A stretch of 59,175 bases of DNA, filler included, from Sphacelaria rigidula (lineage: Eukaryota), in NCBI GenBank assembly GCA_964200075.2. It is 8 parts of 8 records of this genome, joined end to end, with 100 filler letters (N's around TTAATTAATTAA, not from the genome) between each part and the next. Parts side by side here need not be neighbours in the genome. Positions count along the whole stretch, not along the records: positions 29,640 to 36,948 come from CAXNAA020015507.1; positions 37,049 to 44,357 come from CAXNAA020015508.1; positions 44,458 to 51,766 come from CAXNAA020015509.1; 5 more parts are not named here. One strand, written 5' to 3'. Positions 34,877-48,641 of this stretch are shown here, piece after piece; the stretch's first letter is position 1; the number at the start of each line of letters is the position of its first letter. Position numbers and translations under genes: made by a program. The notes under the pieces are model-generated. The model had not been told where the DNA came from and ran no database searches. It saw nothing but the letters and a program-made list of their open reading frames with translations.

Positions 34877-36629
34877 CTGTAGACCCTCAAAGCGAGAAAA
34901 AGGGGGAAGCAGAGAGATTGCGTAGCGCAACGAAGAGAGGGGAAAAGGGGGTCACACACGATATCATGGACATTGAAGATCGGGTCATTATTCAGTATTT
35001 ATACTGGGAGCGCAATGTGCACAGGGATGATGGTTTGACCACCACAGTGGACCTTTCGGGATCGCGAGTCGGCGGGGAGTCTATATATTTATATATTTTT
35101 TGGGGGGGGGGTTGCACAACTGTGTCCATCACGCGAGTAAATTGGTACACAGGGGGTATCCAAGAATAGAGGACCGTTGTCGGAGTTAAAAGAGAGTTCA
35201 ACTCGTCTTCGAAATTGATTGACTTGGACCAAAAACCCGAATACTAGATTATACCCATCATCAACCATCAACTCGCGCAGCCGAAACAAAGACAAACTCT
35301 GCCGACTTGACTAACAGGGGCTGGCTTCAGCAAACACAAGACACGCGGATTCTACACCCCTTCTCTTGTACCGGTTACCACCTGGCATGTAGTTGAGCCA
35401 CAATGTGTATAGTAGAGCTACTACTGCCTGCACAACTGTGCCGCAGAGTGAACTTTACGGTACAGTTATAGTGACCTCTGCTGCACGTCCCATCCCTTAC
35501 ACCGCAGCGTATAAAATTCATGTACTGTACGTGAATAATATAAGGCAGCACGAGTATCAACGAGATGATCGCGTCTGCCCGTTCAGCTCCTAGCTAGACT
35601 TTACCATTTGCTGCCCATTTCACCTACTTTGGCGGGAAAGTGGATGTTCCTGTAGAAGCAATATATATATATAGATCATGGTCCGAACGATTGCCTGGCG
35701 AACTTGCTGCAGCTTCCTGCGTACTCATCGTCTCATCGTACTATTTCATTTGTCATCGCATGTGGTATCCTACCTTCCCGATTTTTCTTCCTTGGGCTGC
35801 ACAATCACGCGCTCAGCCACGCTCAGTTACTTAGTCTCATTTCAAGTAAAAGTGATGAGTAGACAGCGATTCATCTTTCTTCTTCATTCCACGTCATGTG
35901 GCACAATGATATTCCCGACCGCAACCGTACGACGGACACACGACACAGAAAGGTGAAAGAGTGCGAAATCAGGGAAAAGGTAGATGCTCCCAAAACGGCG
36001 CTTGTAGAATTCTATTTTCCTGCGATCATAAATGGTTAGCTCCGATTCATCGGTCAAGTCCTGAAACCTACTCATGTGAAACTCAATGCGTTTGCTTTTG
36101 GATAAAGAATTATGAATTATTTGGGATGTAGAAAAGACGGAAAACCAACACAAACAAAACTGCGAGACAAAAAAACATGTTCTTGCAATTGGGAAACTAT
36201 CGGGCTAACCCGAGACTTCTGTACTTAATATTGGCCCGCCCTTGCGGTTGGTCACTATTACCCCCCACCACCCCAGCCCCCTCCCCCCTTTCACTTCATC
36301 CACACATTCCACACCTTGGTGCCTCCCTCCATTGAGGGATAGGGTGGTGGGCGGGAAAAATCGATCAAGTGCCAGGGACTACTGTACTACTGAGACTGCT
36401 GTCGTGTCGCTGTCTGGTCAACTGGTCTCGAGTGATCCTGTCTGCTTCTTTGGTGATCTTGCACCAGACCGGTCTCGCCCGCTTGAAGAAACTCTGCGGC
36501 GTTGGCGCCTTGGACACGCTATCCCTTATATCTTATTTCAAGTTCGGCATACACCAGAGTACATCCCTTATCATTCGTCATCCGCAAACACGAACCTCGT
36601 ATTCTTACTGAATACACCCATTTCTTCGC

Positions 36630-36810
36630 ACATTACTTCTCGATCAAAAATGTGCAATGGAGAAGGGAAACTCCGATCTGATGGGTCGTAGTTTCAACTG
36701 CCGTGGTTCATTTTGAGGATGGTTGAAATCACGACCATCAGATCGCAATTTTTGTTTTCCCCAGCACATTTCCGATCGAAGAATAACGTTCGAAGACACG
36801 GCCTCAGGGA
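36630..36810 (+). repeat. Unclassified dispersed repeat, inverted copy at about 52875-53045
   Basis: Shared AAACTCC.ATCTGAT.GGTCG, GAAATCACGACC.ATCAGATCG and CGAAGACACGGCCT blocks. Confidence 0.72.
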
Positions 36811-37147
36811 GCAGGAACAGCAGTCAAAAGCAGGTGTTTTTTGGTCGTTGAAGCGAGGGTCCCCACGCACCTGCAGACCACGAACCACAGCTACCAAATG
36901 TGGGAAAGGTTGATGATAGGTGAGGCTGATGGGGGAGGGGGGGGGGGGNNNNNNNNNNNNNNNNNNNNNNNNNNNNNNNNNNNNNNNNNNNNTTAATTAA
37001 TTAANNNNNNNNNNNNNNNNNNNNNNNNNNNNNNNNNNNNNNNNNNNNCGTCTTCCTCTTCAGCGCCCCTCAAACAAGAAACGAGGCATGCTGTAGTAAC
37101 TCTCCCGCTCCTGACTCTTGACTACCTCCGTACTCTTCCTCCCTCAC

Positions 37148-37210
37148 CTTGTAGAGGTTGCCCAGGTTGCTGTGCGCGTCCACGAGAGCAGGGTTCAACA
37201 CCAAAGCCAT
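37148..37210 (-). CDS. OGT: TPR exon of an O-GlcNAc transferase (SECRET AGENT/OGT-like)
   Basis: Acceptor tatcag, donor gtgagg; 63 nt, phase 0/0, MALVLNPALVDAHSNLGNLYK, closely resembling the ALxLNPxLVDAHSNLGNLxK TPR of plant SEC as I recall it. Single exon, so orthology is tentative. Confidence 0.72.
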
Positions 37211-37704
37211 CTGATACATTCGAGCAACAACAACAACAACGACAACGGCGATGATAATGACGACTATGATGTGTGGGAGGCGGGCATGCCTCGATACAAT
37301 TTCATGTACATAGAATGCGCAAGAACTGCACTTGGCACAGACGAGAGGCAGGTTGAGGCTACCTTGGGGGGGAAACAGCACGTATGTGCTCTTGCTGCAT
37401 GCACTACGGTGTCATCAACGCCGACGTGGTAGCTCAACACGACGAGCGCAAACAAGCGAGCACTGCCGTTGGCACAGACGGGGACGGTTCAAGGTAGCTT
37501 TTTAAAAAAACGCTGCACGTATTTTCCGTTACTACTCATAATTCTTACTTAAAGTCGCAGCAGCAGCTACGCTCAGTGTATCAAAAATATACTTGGGGAA
37601 GTAAAAACAAATACATGAAAAAAAAAACGAAAATAGACAGAACAGTTCGAAGTGTTTGCGAGGTTGGCCGTCCGTACGAGTATTATTAGTGACTTAGATT
37701 TGAA

Positions 37705-37737
<33 letters not shown>

Positions 37738-37899
37738 TATCGCAAACCGTTCCGTAAAAGGGTGATCCATTCAGCAGGACTACTTCACTGAAGATATACC
37801 ACGTTCCAGTACGCAGTAGTGCCAGCAGCATAAGCACCCCTTCCAACACTTCCATGATGTACGAGTACACAGCAGCACACGCACACGCACGTCAACGAT

Positions 37900-38120
37900 C
37901 CAAGGGTCGGACAAATCAATGATTCGTCTGGAAATTACTTGATTTTAGTGTAACTGACTCGAATCGTACGAATCAATCCCTAGGCTTTGTTTTCAGCGTT
38001 GCAACCCAAGAACACGCAGTCCAGACACATGGAATGACGCAAAACTTGCGTGGATACCCCTCGGACCAGGGGTCAACTTCTTTCTGCCGTTTGGGCAATC
38101 AGGCCTAAGAAACCGTGGAT
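37900..38120 (+). repeat. Dispersed repeat starting CCAAGGGTC; second copy at 44138-44357, short match at about 53301-53340
   Basis: TGATTCGTCTGGAAATTACTTG...TTGCGTGGATACCCCT.GGACCAG...TTTGGGCAATCAGGCC occurs in both long copies. Confidence 0.85.
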
Positions 38121-39139
38121 GTGGTGATTCGAACCCGTGATGATTCGTGCTAGCCGTGCAACGATCAACGCTATACTGAAATTACCTGATAGGTTTCGAT
38201 GGCTTCCTGAGTCTGACCGAGCTGCATGTAGGCCGAAGCGAGGTTGTTGTAGGCATCACAGAAACGGGGCTTCAGCTTCACAGCCTGGAACCCAAAACAT
38301 GAAAAGCACAATCACATGCACACACACACACACACACACGAATGCACAACAACAAGGGGAAAACAAAAAAAATCGGGAAGATGAACCACGGTTATCCTTC
38401 CTCCGATCATATATATACGAGGATGACCAACCGATCGCGGGAGGGCGAGAGGGGGAAGAGGACGACAAAACAGTGCTTATATAATCCCTTTTATATGGTA
38501 TTCACATGGAGGCGGTTCGATGGTTTTTAATTCAAATGCCAGGGTATCATTTGAAAACGGTCATGCTCCACGGAGGGACACACGTCCTTGGAAGACAGTG
38601 TTACGCCGGGGATTTTTTTTATAAGCGAAATAGACGCATCCGCAGTGTCCGCGAGAAACGGTGGATGATGGCAAATATCATAATTTCGACCCGAGGTTCT
38701 GCGCACCTTGTGCATGCAGCTGCGGACCTGAAAGCATCGCCCAAGTCGAAGGAGTGGGCTCGAAGACGATCGAGGTGTGTTTACATACTGACAAGCAGTT
38801 CCTCTCGCAAGTTGCATCCACAATGGTGCTGTCCGCTTGGAGCATTTGCAGAATCCGTGCAGCGTGGGCGAACGCCACCCCCCCTGTCGAACCTCACTTC
38901 CGGTGTCATGGCAGAGCACGGAGCTCGCATGACGCCACGGGCTGAGATCGGGAGGGTTTTTTCACCATCTAGAGAGGTCAATATTTTCATAGCACAAGCT
39001 TGTGTTGAAATCCATCCATGCCGTAACTTGAACGACGTGACTGAAGCTTGAAAATATTTAATTTTTTTATCCGCACCACTGCATGAGCCATCTGGACTGC
39101 TGCGTACTGCACCAGCAGCACATAACAGCAAGATAGAGC

Positions 39140-39232
39140 ACACTAGAGCGCAGCTCAGCGCAGCGCAGCACAGTTCAACACAGTAGAGTACAGCATAGCA
39201 CAGTACAGTAAAGTAAAGTTCGGTGCAGTACA
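39140..39232 (+). repeat. Degenerate pentanucleotide microsatellite (CAGCG / CAGTA)
   Basis: Seen directly. Confidence 0.75.
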
Positions 39233-39848
39233 GAGCATTGTGCTCCCGGCGAAGTATAGAGTGATGGCTCTGTACTGAAGGGCGTTCCCAGCAAGAAACA
39301 GGGAATTCTATGAAATGAGGTTGCACGATGAAATGAGGTTAAGCCCAAAACAGTGATTTCCCCACACTTTCAGCGATTATGCCCAGTGACTTTTTCGTCA
39401 GCCTCATGCCCCTTGATCGCGTAGGTAAGAGCATCTTCAATTTACTATTGAAGTAACCCCGCGAGCTATCGCAGGTGATGATCGCACGCTCCTCACTGCT
39501 TGCTTTCAGGGGATGACTGCGGCTTTCGAACCAAACGCAGGACGTGGGCATGCGTGGAATATGTATAGGATTATATATATGCACAAGATTCCCCGACTCT
39601 GACTCAGTAAACGTCAAATATTGCACAGAACTAAGTTCTTGCACGCATACGCGTTGTTGCATGTCACGCGGGCAGGTAGCGAAACACCCGCGTATCTGCG
39701 GCTGCCATCCCGCCCGGCACATGTCAAATGTGGTTGAGAGAAGTTCTGGGCCGACAGGCGTAGAACCTGCAGTGTCGATGTCAAATATGAGGGTCGCTGC
39801 TTCCTGCCCCTGCCCCCTTCGCGAGCGGTCGCCGCGAATCCCGCTGAG

Positions 39849-40316
39849 GAAACCGGCGACGGACAGAGTGGTGCAAGTGGCCAATCGCGAAACGGAAGAA
39901 GCCGATCAACAGCGAAGCATTCGAGGGATGGGTCGACTGCATCACGTGGTATGGGGGCAGCATCTCGAACAAGCAGGGCACCCGGGACACCTGTTGATAC
40001 GACTGATGGTGAGGAGCCTCGCCGGCGCGGCGCCGGGGGGAGGTGAGGGGGGGAGCGCACTCGGGACCAGATCCGATCAGTGAAACCGCCGGCGTAGATA
40101 ACCGCGCACGCGAGCAATCGCGCAACGGAAAATGCCGCTCAACAGCGGAGCATGCAAGGGGCGAGTCGGCTGCATCACGCGGAAGGGGCGCGGCAAGTGG
40201 AGCGAGCAACGCGCCAGGGGCACCTGTTGGTGTGACCGATGGTGAGGGGCGTTAATGGCACGGCGGCGGGAAGCAGGGGGTAGGGGGGGCGCATCCGGGA
40301 CAAGATCCCATCGGTG
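39849..40316 (+). repeat. Diverged GC-rich tandem duplication, ~233-bp period
   Basis: Units start GAAACCG at 39849 and 40082 and share CAATCGCG.AACGGAA, TCAACAGCG.AGCAT, CTGCATCACG.GG, CACCTGTTG, GATGGTGAGG and CGGGAC.AGATCC.ATC.GTG. Confidence 0.8.
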
Positions 40317-40779
40317 GCTACTTTTGCGACGGCGGATTTGATAAACCCGTCAGACACAAGTCCAACTCTGCAGCCAGGATCTGGATCGGAGATCCTGATA
40401 CAGAATGCAGCGGGTCCGAGAGAGAAGACTCGGCATCGGCAGCGGGCGACGACAATGAGGAAGATTTCGCGTTTTGATTTCAGTCTGCGGACAATATTGG
40501 GGCCGTTCTTTCTGTAGATAGATTGCGCAAACGTTTCTGTACAACTCAAGGTTGTATTTTCCACGCTGTAGTAATGAGCCGTGTCTCATGTACATGGCCA
40601 TGATGGCTCGTGGATGTGCGGTGCACCGTGGGATGCAAAAGTGTAATGGGGGTGATCTGGCTACCTGGTAATATCAATGCGTCAGCGAATCGCCTGTGGT
40701 GCATGAGGCTACCTGGTAATATCAATGAAGTGAGTGTTTCAACGCAAGACGACTAATCTGACCGTCACCCTAGTATGTC

Positions 40780-41165
40780 GGTCAACCTTTCGATTTACCG
40801 TGCGGCTTTGCCAACGTTCGCGCAAGTATATCGGTGTGACCTGCAGACCAACGTGGTAAAAATAAAATAAAAAATGTACGGCATAATGTATCACCCAACC
40901 GACGGAACAAAAAAAGGAATCCGTCGGGATTCGCACTCGTGGCCTCCATAATTGGATTCAACTGCGTCACTTGGATCAAAGGAGCGCAGCCGTGCCACAT
41001 GAAAAGTTGGATGCTGCGACAAATTTCTGGAGATTTGGCCGCAATTGCACCAGGATGTCCTCCAATGAAGGACGCACAACTACGGTAGCGATGCCCACGC
41101 ATTTATTTATTTTCACGGAGTTATAACATTCTTCTAGTTTTTGCAGAAAATTCCAATCGCTCTAA

Positions 41166-41225
<60 letters not shown>

Positions 41226-41360
41226 CTTGGCATCCCCGGGAAGGTTGCGTATAGTGATGATGATACAAATATTGTGTCAAAATTTCAGTGCCCAACGCTT
41301 CGGATTACCAACCGCCCGGCCCGGATACATTCGCCAATCACTGTCAGCTGGCCCAGTTCG
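40780..41360 (-). mobile_element. MITE of the CGAGCTGGGCCAGC-TIR family (inverted relative to 1078-1683), containing a (TG)n tract at 41167-41220
   Basis: TCACTGTCAGCTGGCCCAGTTCG|TA ending 41360-41362 is the reverse complement of the 1078 end; the other TIR is not recognisable. Confidence 0.62.
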
Positions 41361-43721
41361 TACAGTATTTTTTTGGCGTTGTCTGTTTGCCATGAGAACT
41401 GACGCGGAGGGGTCACGGCCTCGCTGACGACAGTATACATCGGTTTGCACCCTATCTTGTGGGCAGCAACCTCGCGCGCCACCGCAGCTATAGCGGCATG
41501 CTCATGTTTGAACTATCTTCTCTGCTGACGGGCAACGCTGTTGTTTCCATGAAATAATATGGGAAAATATATGTACGACAACGAACACACCTCAACGCGG
41601 CGCAATTACCGCCGGCTTATTTTGGATATCACCTCTCTTTGTATACTCCGGAGTATCTGACACGCTTTTCCACCGCATCTCATGTGTCCCGATACCTCCC
41701 GCCGAAATGGGAATATCTCAACACACACAGCAGCTGCCGAGACAAATCAAATTGCCATGTGTAGCTGAGACGCATAGCTACCAGCCCTTCACGTTGCAGC
41801 TGCACATACCCTTGCCGTAACGACAAATGTTGACGTGTAGCAAGGTTAATATTTTGCACTTTACGCACGATCCCGGAACCTAGTTGGTGCAAATTTGATG
41901 TTAAACGATGGCCATAAGCAATTACTACCTGCCTCTTAAGTTTTAGCTACCCACCGTTCGTGCAGCGCAAGTTATCTGCGATCGCGTGTAGGTAGGCCAT
42001 ATTGGAAAATGGCTTTTTGGCTTGTACAGATTTCCGTGGCTTTTTTTTCCGGTCATCCATCGATCATGCGTGTGCTTGACTGGATGGAATTGAACCGGAC
42101 TTCGACGGAGGGGTAGTGTAGGATACGTACTACAGCTGTGTATCGCTTTAGTTGCGATATATCTTCTTTACGCTTCCTAGACACCGTCGCGTCTTCATTT
42201 CGGGGGTGGTGGTGAAAAACGTGACACTAAACTGGGCGTAACACTGAAGAGAGGTGCCAACATCAACACATGAGCACGCGAAGCTGACGACGCAGACGAC
42301 ATCCAGGGCTGCGGCGCCTGGATGAGCAAGGATTTATTCATGTCACTGCGGAGGGAGGGACAGCTTGAACATACGAATTGTGTGTCTCAAGGGATATGCA
42401 GGACGAACATGGAACCGTGTGCTTCGGGCTGGCAGTATAGTACCGACTGTACGACACGAACCACGCCTCGGCAGGGCTCGAGTACCCGCGACACATCCGT
42501 GAACATTGTAATTTGCTCTCTGTCGCAGCCTGGGAGCAAGTGAAGCGGCTGAAAAATATGCACAAGGTCGGCGAAGTGCATGTTGGATACAGCTCAACAT
42601 GTTCACGTGCGAGCCGCGTCCACAAAAACAGCGGGTTGATTATGATGACGGAAAAAGGACAAGAGCACCCGCCCGCGTCGTGGTCAGTCCGTCCTCATGC
42701 GATATCCTGAGAGGTTGTGATACTGTCTGTAAGGGGACGTTGCCCCCTGCCCGAACAGCTTCACAGCGGCCCTGGGCAGAAGACACCATTGCCTTCTACT
42801 CGACTGTACGGCCACGTCTTGCGCTAGACGACGTAAAAACGCCAAGGACAGCAACCTCTAGGATACGAAGAAAACTTAAATGGTGCTTGTTTATCTGTGT
42901 TTGCTGCGAGCATCAAAACGATGAGCGGACCGAGTTAAACGACAATGCTGGCAAGATCTGCCGCTACCTCCCGCGCCGGTGTACCCTCCGTAACTAACAT
43001 CAGAGAAAGAAAACTGTTCCGAAAAAGGCCTCGCCGTCGTGCATGATCATCATTTCAAGACTACGCAGCGCACGAAACGCCTCGGGTCGCCGGTGCTATC
43101 GCGTCAACACCTTTTTCCTGCTTCAACCTACCAATGCACATATTTGAAGTGTCAGCATCATCAGACGCCAGGTGCGCCGTGTTTGGACGTCTAATTTTCC
43201 AAAATACCGCCTCCATATTATTAACCCTTTTAGAACCCTCCCCTCCTGTCCCCGGGCCAAACGCCTCATTACGAGAAGCCCTGACAGAGAAGAAAAGATG
43301 GAAACAGAAAATGCCGACAGCAGCCATTTTTTTTTATAATGGAAGACCGGAGAAGAACCCAGCAGCACACGCGGCGGGTGAGGTTTGTCCAATCATACCA
43401 CGCAACGGACGAAGTGTGTCCGATCGCGTTCATCGACAAAAATTAGCAAAACACTGTTATGAAACATTCCATTCAAAAACCAGCAGTGAGTTCTCGGGTC
43501 TGGAACGGTACATCGGTAAATGGGAAACCTTCTTTTGTTCCACCTGTCACTCGCACGGGTCTGAAAAATACGCATTGGGCGAATATTGTTGCGTCTGAGC
43601 TGTGAACCATCAACCACATCTTGCTCAAAAACCGTCAATCGCAAATGATCAATCTTCCATTGTGAGTTCCAAAAGGGTTAAAAAGGAAATAGAGAAGGCA
43701 GGTGGTGGACGAGAGCAGGAG

Positions 43722-43753
<32 letters not shown>

Positions 43754-44457
43754 AGCGCCGGGGCCGCAGAAAGAGAACAAANNNNNNNNNNGGGGGGGCG
43801 GGCGTGGTGTGGGGGCAGGCGGGGGGGGGGGCAGTGGGGGAGGGCGGCGGGCCTTTGCATGGACACTTCCGGTCCAAACATGAAGTCAACACCGCAGCGG
43901 TCGTATGTTTTATCCATTAGCATGAGCTTTTCGTGCAAACTCTTGAGTACCGTGACAACATATCATTCCCCTTCCTTCCAGGGGGTTGAGAGAGGGGATA
44001 AAGATGACAACATCTCGGCACGGCCCAATGGAGGTGGCGAAAAAAACTAAAACTGCGATTTTGGGTGGGGGACCTGGACCTGCCCGCGCCGTCGATCAGA
44101 GGCCTACCAACCACCAGCAGACACGGTTGAGAATTCTCCAAGGGTCCGGCAAGTACTGATTCGTCTGGAAATTACTTGGTTTTAGTATGACTGATTCGAC
44201 TCGTACGAAGTAATCCCTAGACTTTGTGTTCAGCGTTGCAAGCCAGATACACGCAGCCCAGACACGTGGAATGGCGCAAAAAAGTTGCGTGGATACCCCT
44301 TGGACCAGCGGTCGATTTTTTTCTCCCTTTTGGGCAATCAGGCCGAAGACATCGTGGNNNNNNNNNNNNNNNNNNNNNNNNNNNNNNNNNNNNNNNNNNN
44401 NTTAATTAATTAANNNNNNNNNNNNNNNNNNNNNNNNNNNNNNNNNNNNNNNNNNNN

Positions 44458-47330
44458 CCGTCGTTGTTCCGACAAAATAGACCGCAACGCACGAATAACC
44501 TCTTTCACTTTGCGTTCGCGAGCACCATTCGACCAAGGGGTATACGCAACAGCAATTTGGTGTTGCACCTTGAGCGCATCGCTCAGCTGCGCGATCACTC
44601 GAATCTTGAATGTGCGTGGCGGTATCAATAACCCAAACACGCGGCATCCCCGTGGTCTTGCACCAATGGAGCAAGCGCTGAGCCGTAACCTCGGCGGTGC
44701 AAGCCTCGTCGGCTCCAAGCAAACGAAATTGGACAAATCATTCATGATAACCAAAACGTACCGAAAACCATCCTCCTCAAGCAAACCATTAGCACTTTCA
44801 GGTCCGCTACTTCCGACGTACAGAAAATCAAAGTGAACAACTTCACCTGGTGCAGTGCCATGCACAGTATCGTCGTACGGACGAGGTATAATCTCACCAG
44901 CACGAGTGTCTACCCAATGCAAACACTGGCGAACGAACTCGCGAACGTGGAAACACACAGTATTATTTCAAACGAAACAGAGTCGGCGCCACACCACGGT
45001 GACCGGCCGACCGCATGTGAGCGCACACCATCAAGCGAGTTTGTACAGCCTCATCATCCGGCGGAACCCACAAAACATCACTACTGCCAACACGCACGCG
45101 AAACAAACCATCGTCAGCCAAAGTGGTTTGACCGAAAGTCGTAGGAAAAGAATGAACACCATCGCCGACTGTCTTGCGCTGCGCGGTACAAATGACATCT
45201 AACGAGGGCAGCGAATCCTCGGCATTACACGGCTCTACACGGCAACAGAACGAACAGGCACGGTAGGAACCTTTACCCAGCGAGACAACAGATCTCCCCA
45301 ACAACTGCGCTCTCCAGTAATGTGTTTAATGGCATACCGATATTGGCGTAGTACTCCTTTCCAATTTTCAAGCCGTTGTGCTATGGCCGTCGTCACCGAT
45401 GTGACACACTCTTCGTGGTTAAAAACGTACTCAAGATTGCCATGATGGGTGAAAATGCGAACACCATCCCAAAGCAAATGCTCTAGCCTTCGAAATGTAT
45501 TGGCTATCGCGAAACATTTCTTGTCCACTCTCGCCCACCGCAACTGTGAACCCTTAAAACTATCATTCAGAAAACCCAACGGTTCGTGTGACATGTATTC
45601 GAGCGCAATTCCACTACTAAACTCTGCGACAGGCACTTGCGTAAAAAAACTACCCCAGTGAAAATCCGAAGTATCTGGAAACATGAGAACAACGCACCCT
45701 GGACGAGGATGATACAGCGGCACCGCTTGCGCCACCAAATCTTGCGCAGCAAGCCATGCCCGCACACGATCCTCCGTCCAAGCGTCCTCCGGAATGGTAC
45801 GATTACGCGCCACCCGCTTGGTCCGATGCGAAGCCCTGACCATAAGTTGTTCCAAGAATACTCGAAGCGGAGCAACAACTTCCGCCATGCGCGGGAGCGA
45901 AGTCCGCAACCAATTCACCGCCTGCAGAAACTGCATCAGCTCACTAGCGTTCTGAGGACGTCGCGTATTGCTCAAACCTTGAATACGGATGGGATCACGC
46001 GAAACAGTACCCTTGGGGTACACCTTACCACACCAAACCACTTCGCGTGCGAAACAGTACACTCATGCGCAGCGACGAACAGACCAACACTCTCCAAGCG
46101 GCCAAGAATTTCGTCAAGCAAAGCTAACAGTGCTTCTTCGGTTTCAGCAAAATAGAAAACATCATCCACCCACACTTTACAATCTAGACCTCGCAAAATG
46201 TCAGTTAGCACACCTTGGAAATACGCCGTGGCGTTCAACACGCCCTGCGGGACACGAGTAGGCGTAAACAAACCGTCCGGCGTGACGATCGTGAAGGTTT
46301 CCTGAGCCTCCGGCGCCAGAGGCATCTGCCAATACCCCTGTAGCAGGCCAATTTGCCGAAGCATTGGGCTACCAGCAACTCCCACATGTCTTCTTGGCTT
46401 GGCATCACCCCCGGAGACTGTTCCACTTGCGCGTTCACCGTCTGATAGTCGCTGACCGAACGGAATGTGTCCATTTTCGGCACCGCCATCGCCGGACTCG
46501 CCCATACAGCCTGAATGTTCCTCACCACTAAACCAAACGCCACCAAAGCTGCGATGCATGAGGCAAGCCACCTGGTCTTTACCGGATCGTACCGTCTGGA
46601 CTTCGCCTTCACCGCATTTGCCTGGGGCTTAAGCTGCACCCTCATGAACTCAACGCGCGCTGGCGGATCACCACGCAGCGCACGGCGAAATGTATCTACG
46701 CGACGAGCCAAAATATCGCGCGGACAATGTGCGCCATCGGCACTCAGGCTCTTCTGCTCGGCCTGCCGCACACCATCCTCAAGCGCACGTTCTCGTGCAC
46801 CTCTCTCCTCTGCTGGGTCCATGAACATATCCGACCCCTGATCGACCAAGCGCTCTTCCGCTTCATCAGCAGGAGCCTCCTCCTCATTGACGCTCTGGAA
46901 TGACCGTATGGATACGATCACACGTCTTGCAGCAAGGTAACTGGGGTTTTCCACGCCGGTTTGCACCGGCACAGCACGCGGACGTAACTTCTCCAACATC
47001 AGCGAATATAGATCAATCCCAAGCTCCTTGATTGTCGCCATCCCAAATAGAACCACGGTGTCCCTACCGGGTATGACAGCAAACGTAATGGGCTGCAATT
47101 GCACAGCCCTCCACGGCGTACGCACACTAACAGTAATTGGCACCGTTTTGTGTGTAACCGTCACGGAAGCACCCGTGGCGGTCTGTACCGTTTGCGGTCT
47201 GTTTTCGAACGGGATCTGAAGCTGAGCGCCGCCAAACTGCGAACACATCTGTTCTAGCAACCCCACACCGATCGACGTGAGCCCAGATCTATAATCCAGA
47301 ATAACGCGGGTCATGAACGAACCTACAGAA
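44458..47330 (-). pseudogene. pol: Gypsy pol: protease, reverse transcriptase, RNase H, integrase
   Basis: Protease ILDYRSG (degenerate DSG, D at 47294-47296); RT GYWQMPL...PQGVLNATAYFQ...WVDD (46161-46172); RNase H MFPDTSDFHWG...EPLGFL...QLRW..VDK..FAI; integrase AH...AGHRG...CLHW (last Cys lost), VHFDFL, SNGARER. Confidence 0.93.
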
Positions 47331-47844
47331 CCAAGCAAGGCTAAATATGCGCGTATGCATTCCGCCTTGCGATCGGCAGGTACCACGCCTGTCGAAGAAC
47401 CCTGTTCTGTCCCAAGAGTCACCTGACACCAGGGCTGCCATCCAGCACTTGGCATCGATAGCTGCGAATCGTCGGTCCAACAAACCAAGTCGACGAATAT
47501 GCAGACGACGCTGTTATAGCCGTCGCAGCAGGGAATGCACCAGACACGGATCCTGCCTGGCCGAGGGGCTGTGAGCTATTCGCTCCAGCACTCCCCACCG
47601 AGGTATTTGCATTTCCCACGTACACTATCCGCCCCGCTACGGACGAACCATAAGATCCAGAGTCACCACCTGATGACATAGTAGAAGAAACAGCATCGGA
47701 GGAACCACCATCCTCCGCCGATTGCTTGCTACGGCGGCCGCCGCACCGGCGTCCCTGATCGGCACGGCTCCGTCCACCGTGACGATCGCCACGAGATCCT
47801 GATAAATCTCGTGCATTGCCCTGTGCAGCGCCTTGAGCGCGAGG

Positions 47845-48641
47845 CTTGGGGCAGCCCTTGATCATATGTCCGGTGTCGCCGCAGTTGTAACACGCGCGAG
47901 TGGACGACTCTTGCGAAGACGGCTGCTGTTGCTGTTGCTGTTGCTCTTTGCGGCGCAGACCACCTGCACTTGTTGCAAAGTCGCGCCGACCATGTGCTTC
48001 AATGAACTTCCACTGGTCGTCCGCCTCAAATGGTTTTTGAACACCACCGTCGGGTTCTTTTCCCAGCCGTCAACATACGTTAGTACATTTCCAACATACG
48101 CCCTGAATTCCGGGGGCGAAATCCCATCCACCAAAGCTATGGAAACCGACTCGGCCGGGCCTGGCAACCAACTCTTGTCCTCCGCCCGGTACATGGCTTG
48201 CACCATCATGTTCTCTGCAAAAAACCGTTCCATATCTAAACTGACCATCATAGCACGATCCTTGACATATTTCCCCCCGTTTTGCTTAATCGTAAGTATC
48301 CTACGCAGGTCTGCTGCAGCCTGCGCAGCGTCATCCTTTTCACCGGTTGTAGTATACCCGGCACGCTGCTTCACAGCATCAAGGAATCCATCGGGGGTCA
48401 TAGCCCGACCGTCCTTGTACATGTCTTCGAAACGGCGGTGAATTTAGACAGGAATGAGTTGCCCTATGCTTATTCTCTCATGCCGTATAATTCCCTGTCC
48501 ATTACCGAGACTCAGACGCTATATATATTGAAGATATGCTGCGAAAAAACGTCGTGATGCCTCCTCTGTCCATACTTCACCATACTTTGGCGGCTGTAGT
48601 GGCTCACCTAACACCAGCGGCGCTGCCGCCGCTTGAGTCAT
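47845..48641 (-). pseudogene. gag: Gypsy gag with CCHC zinc knuckle
   Basis: ATG at 48641 (MTQAAAAPLVLGEPLQPPKY...), interrupted by a frameshift and a stop; CYNCGDTGHMIKGC (CX2CX4HX4C) at about 47852-47893 in a shifted frame. Confidence 0.85.

Larger units (their letters stand above)
44458..48641 (-). mobile_element. Decayed Ty3/Gypsy LTR retrotransposon internal region (gag-PR-RT-RH-INT), 3' end cut by the scaffold end
   Basis: The domain order PR-RT-RNaseH-IN is diagnostic of Gypsy; several frameshifts and stops. Confidence 0.95.

Noticed and set aside
37900-44357. LTR pair formed by the direct repeats at 37900 and 44138
   Set aside because: No TG..CA ends, PBS, polypurine tract or retroelement coding sequence between them; a related start occurs on another scaffold.
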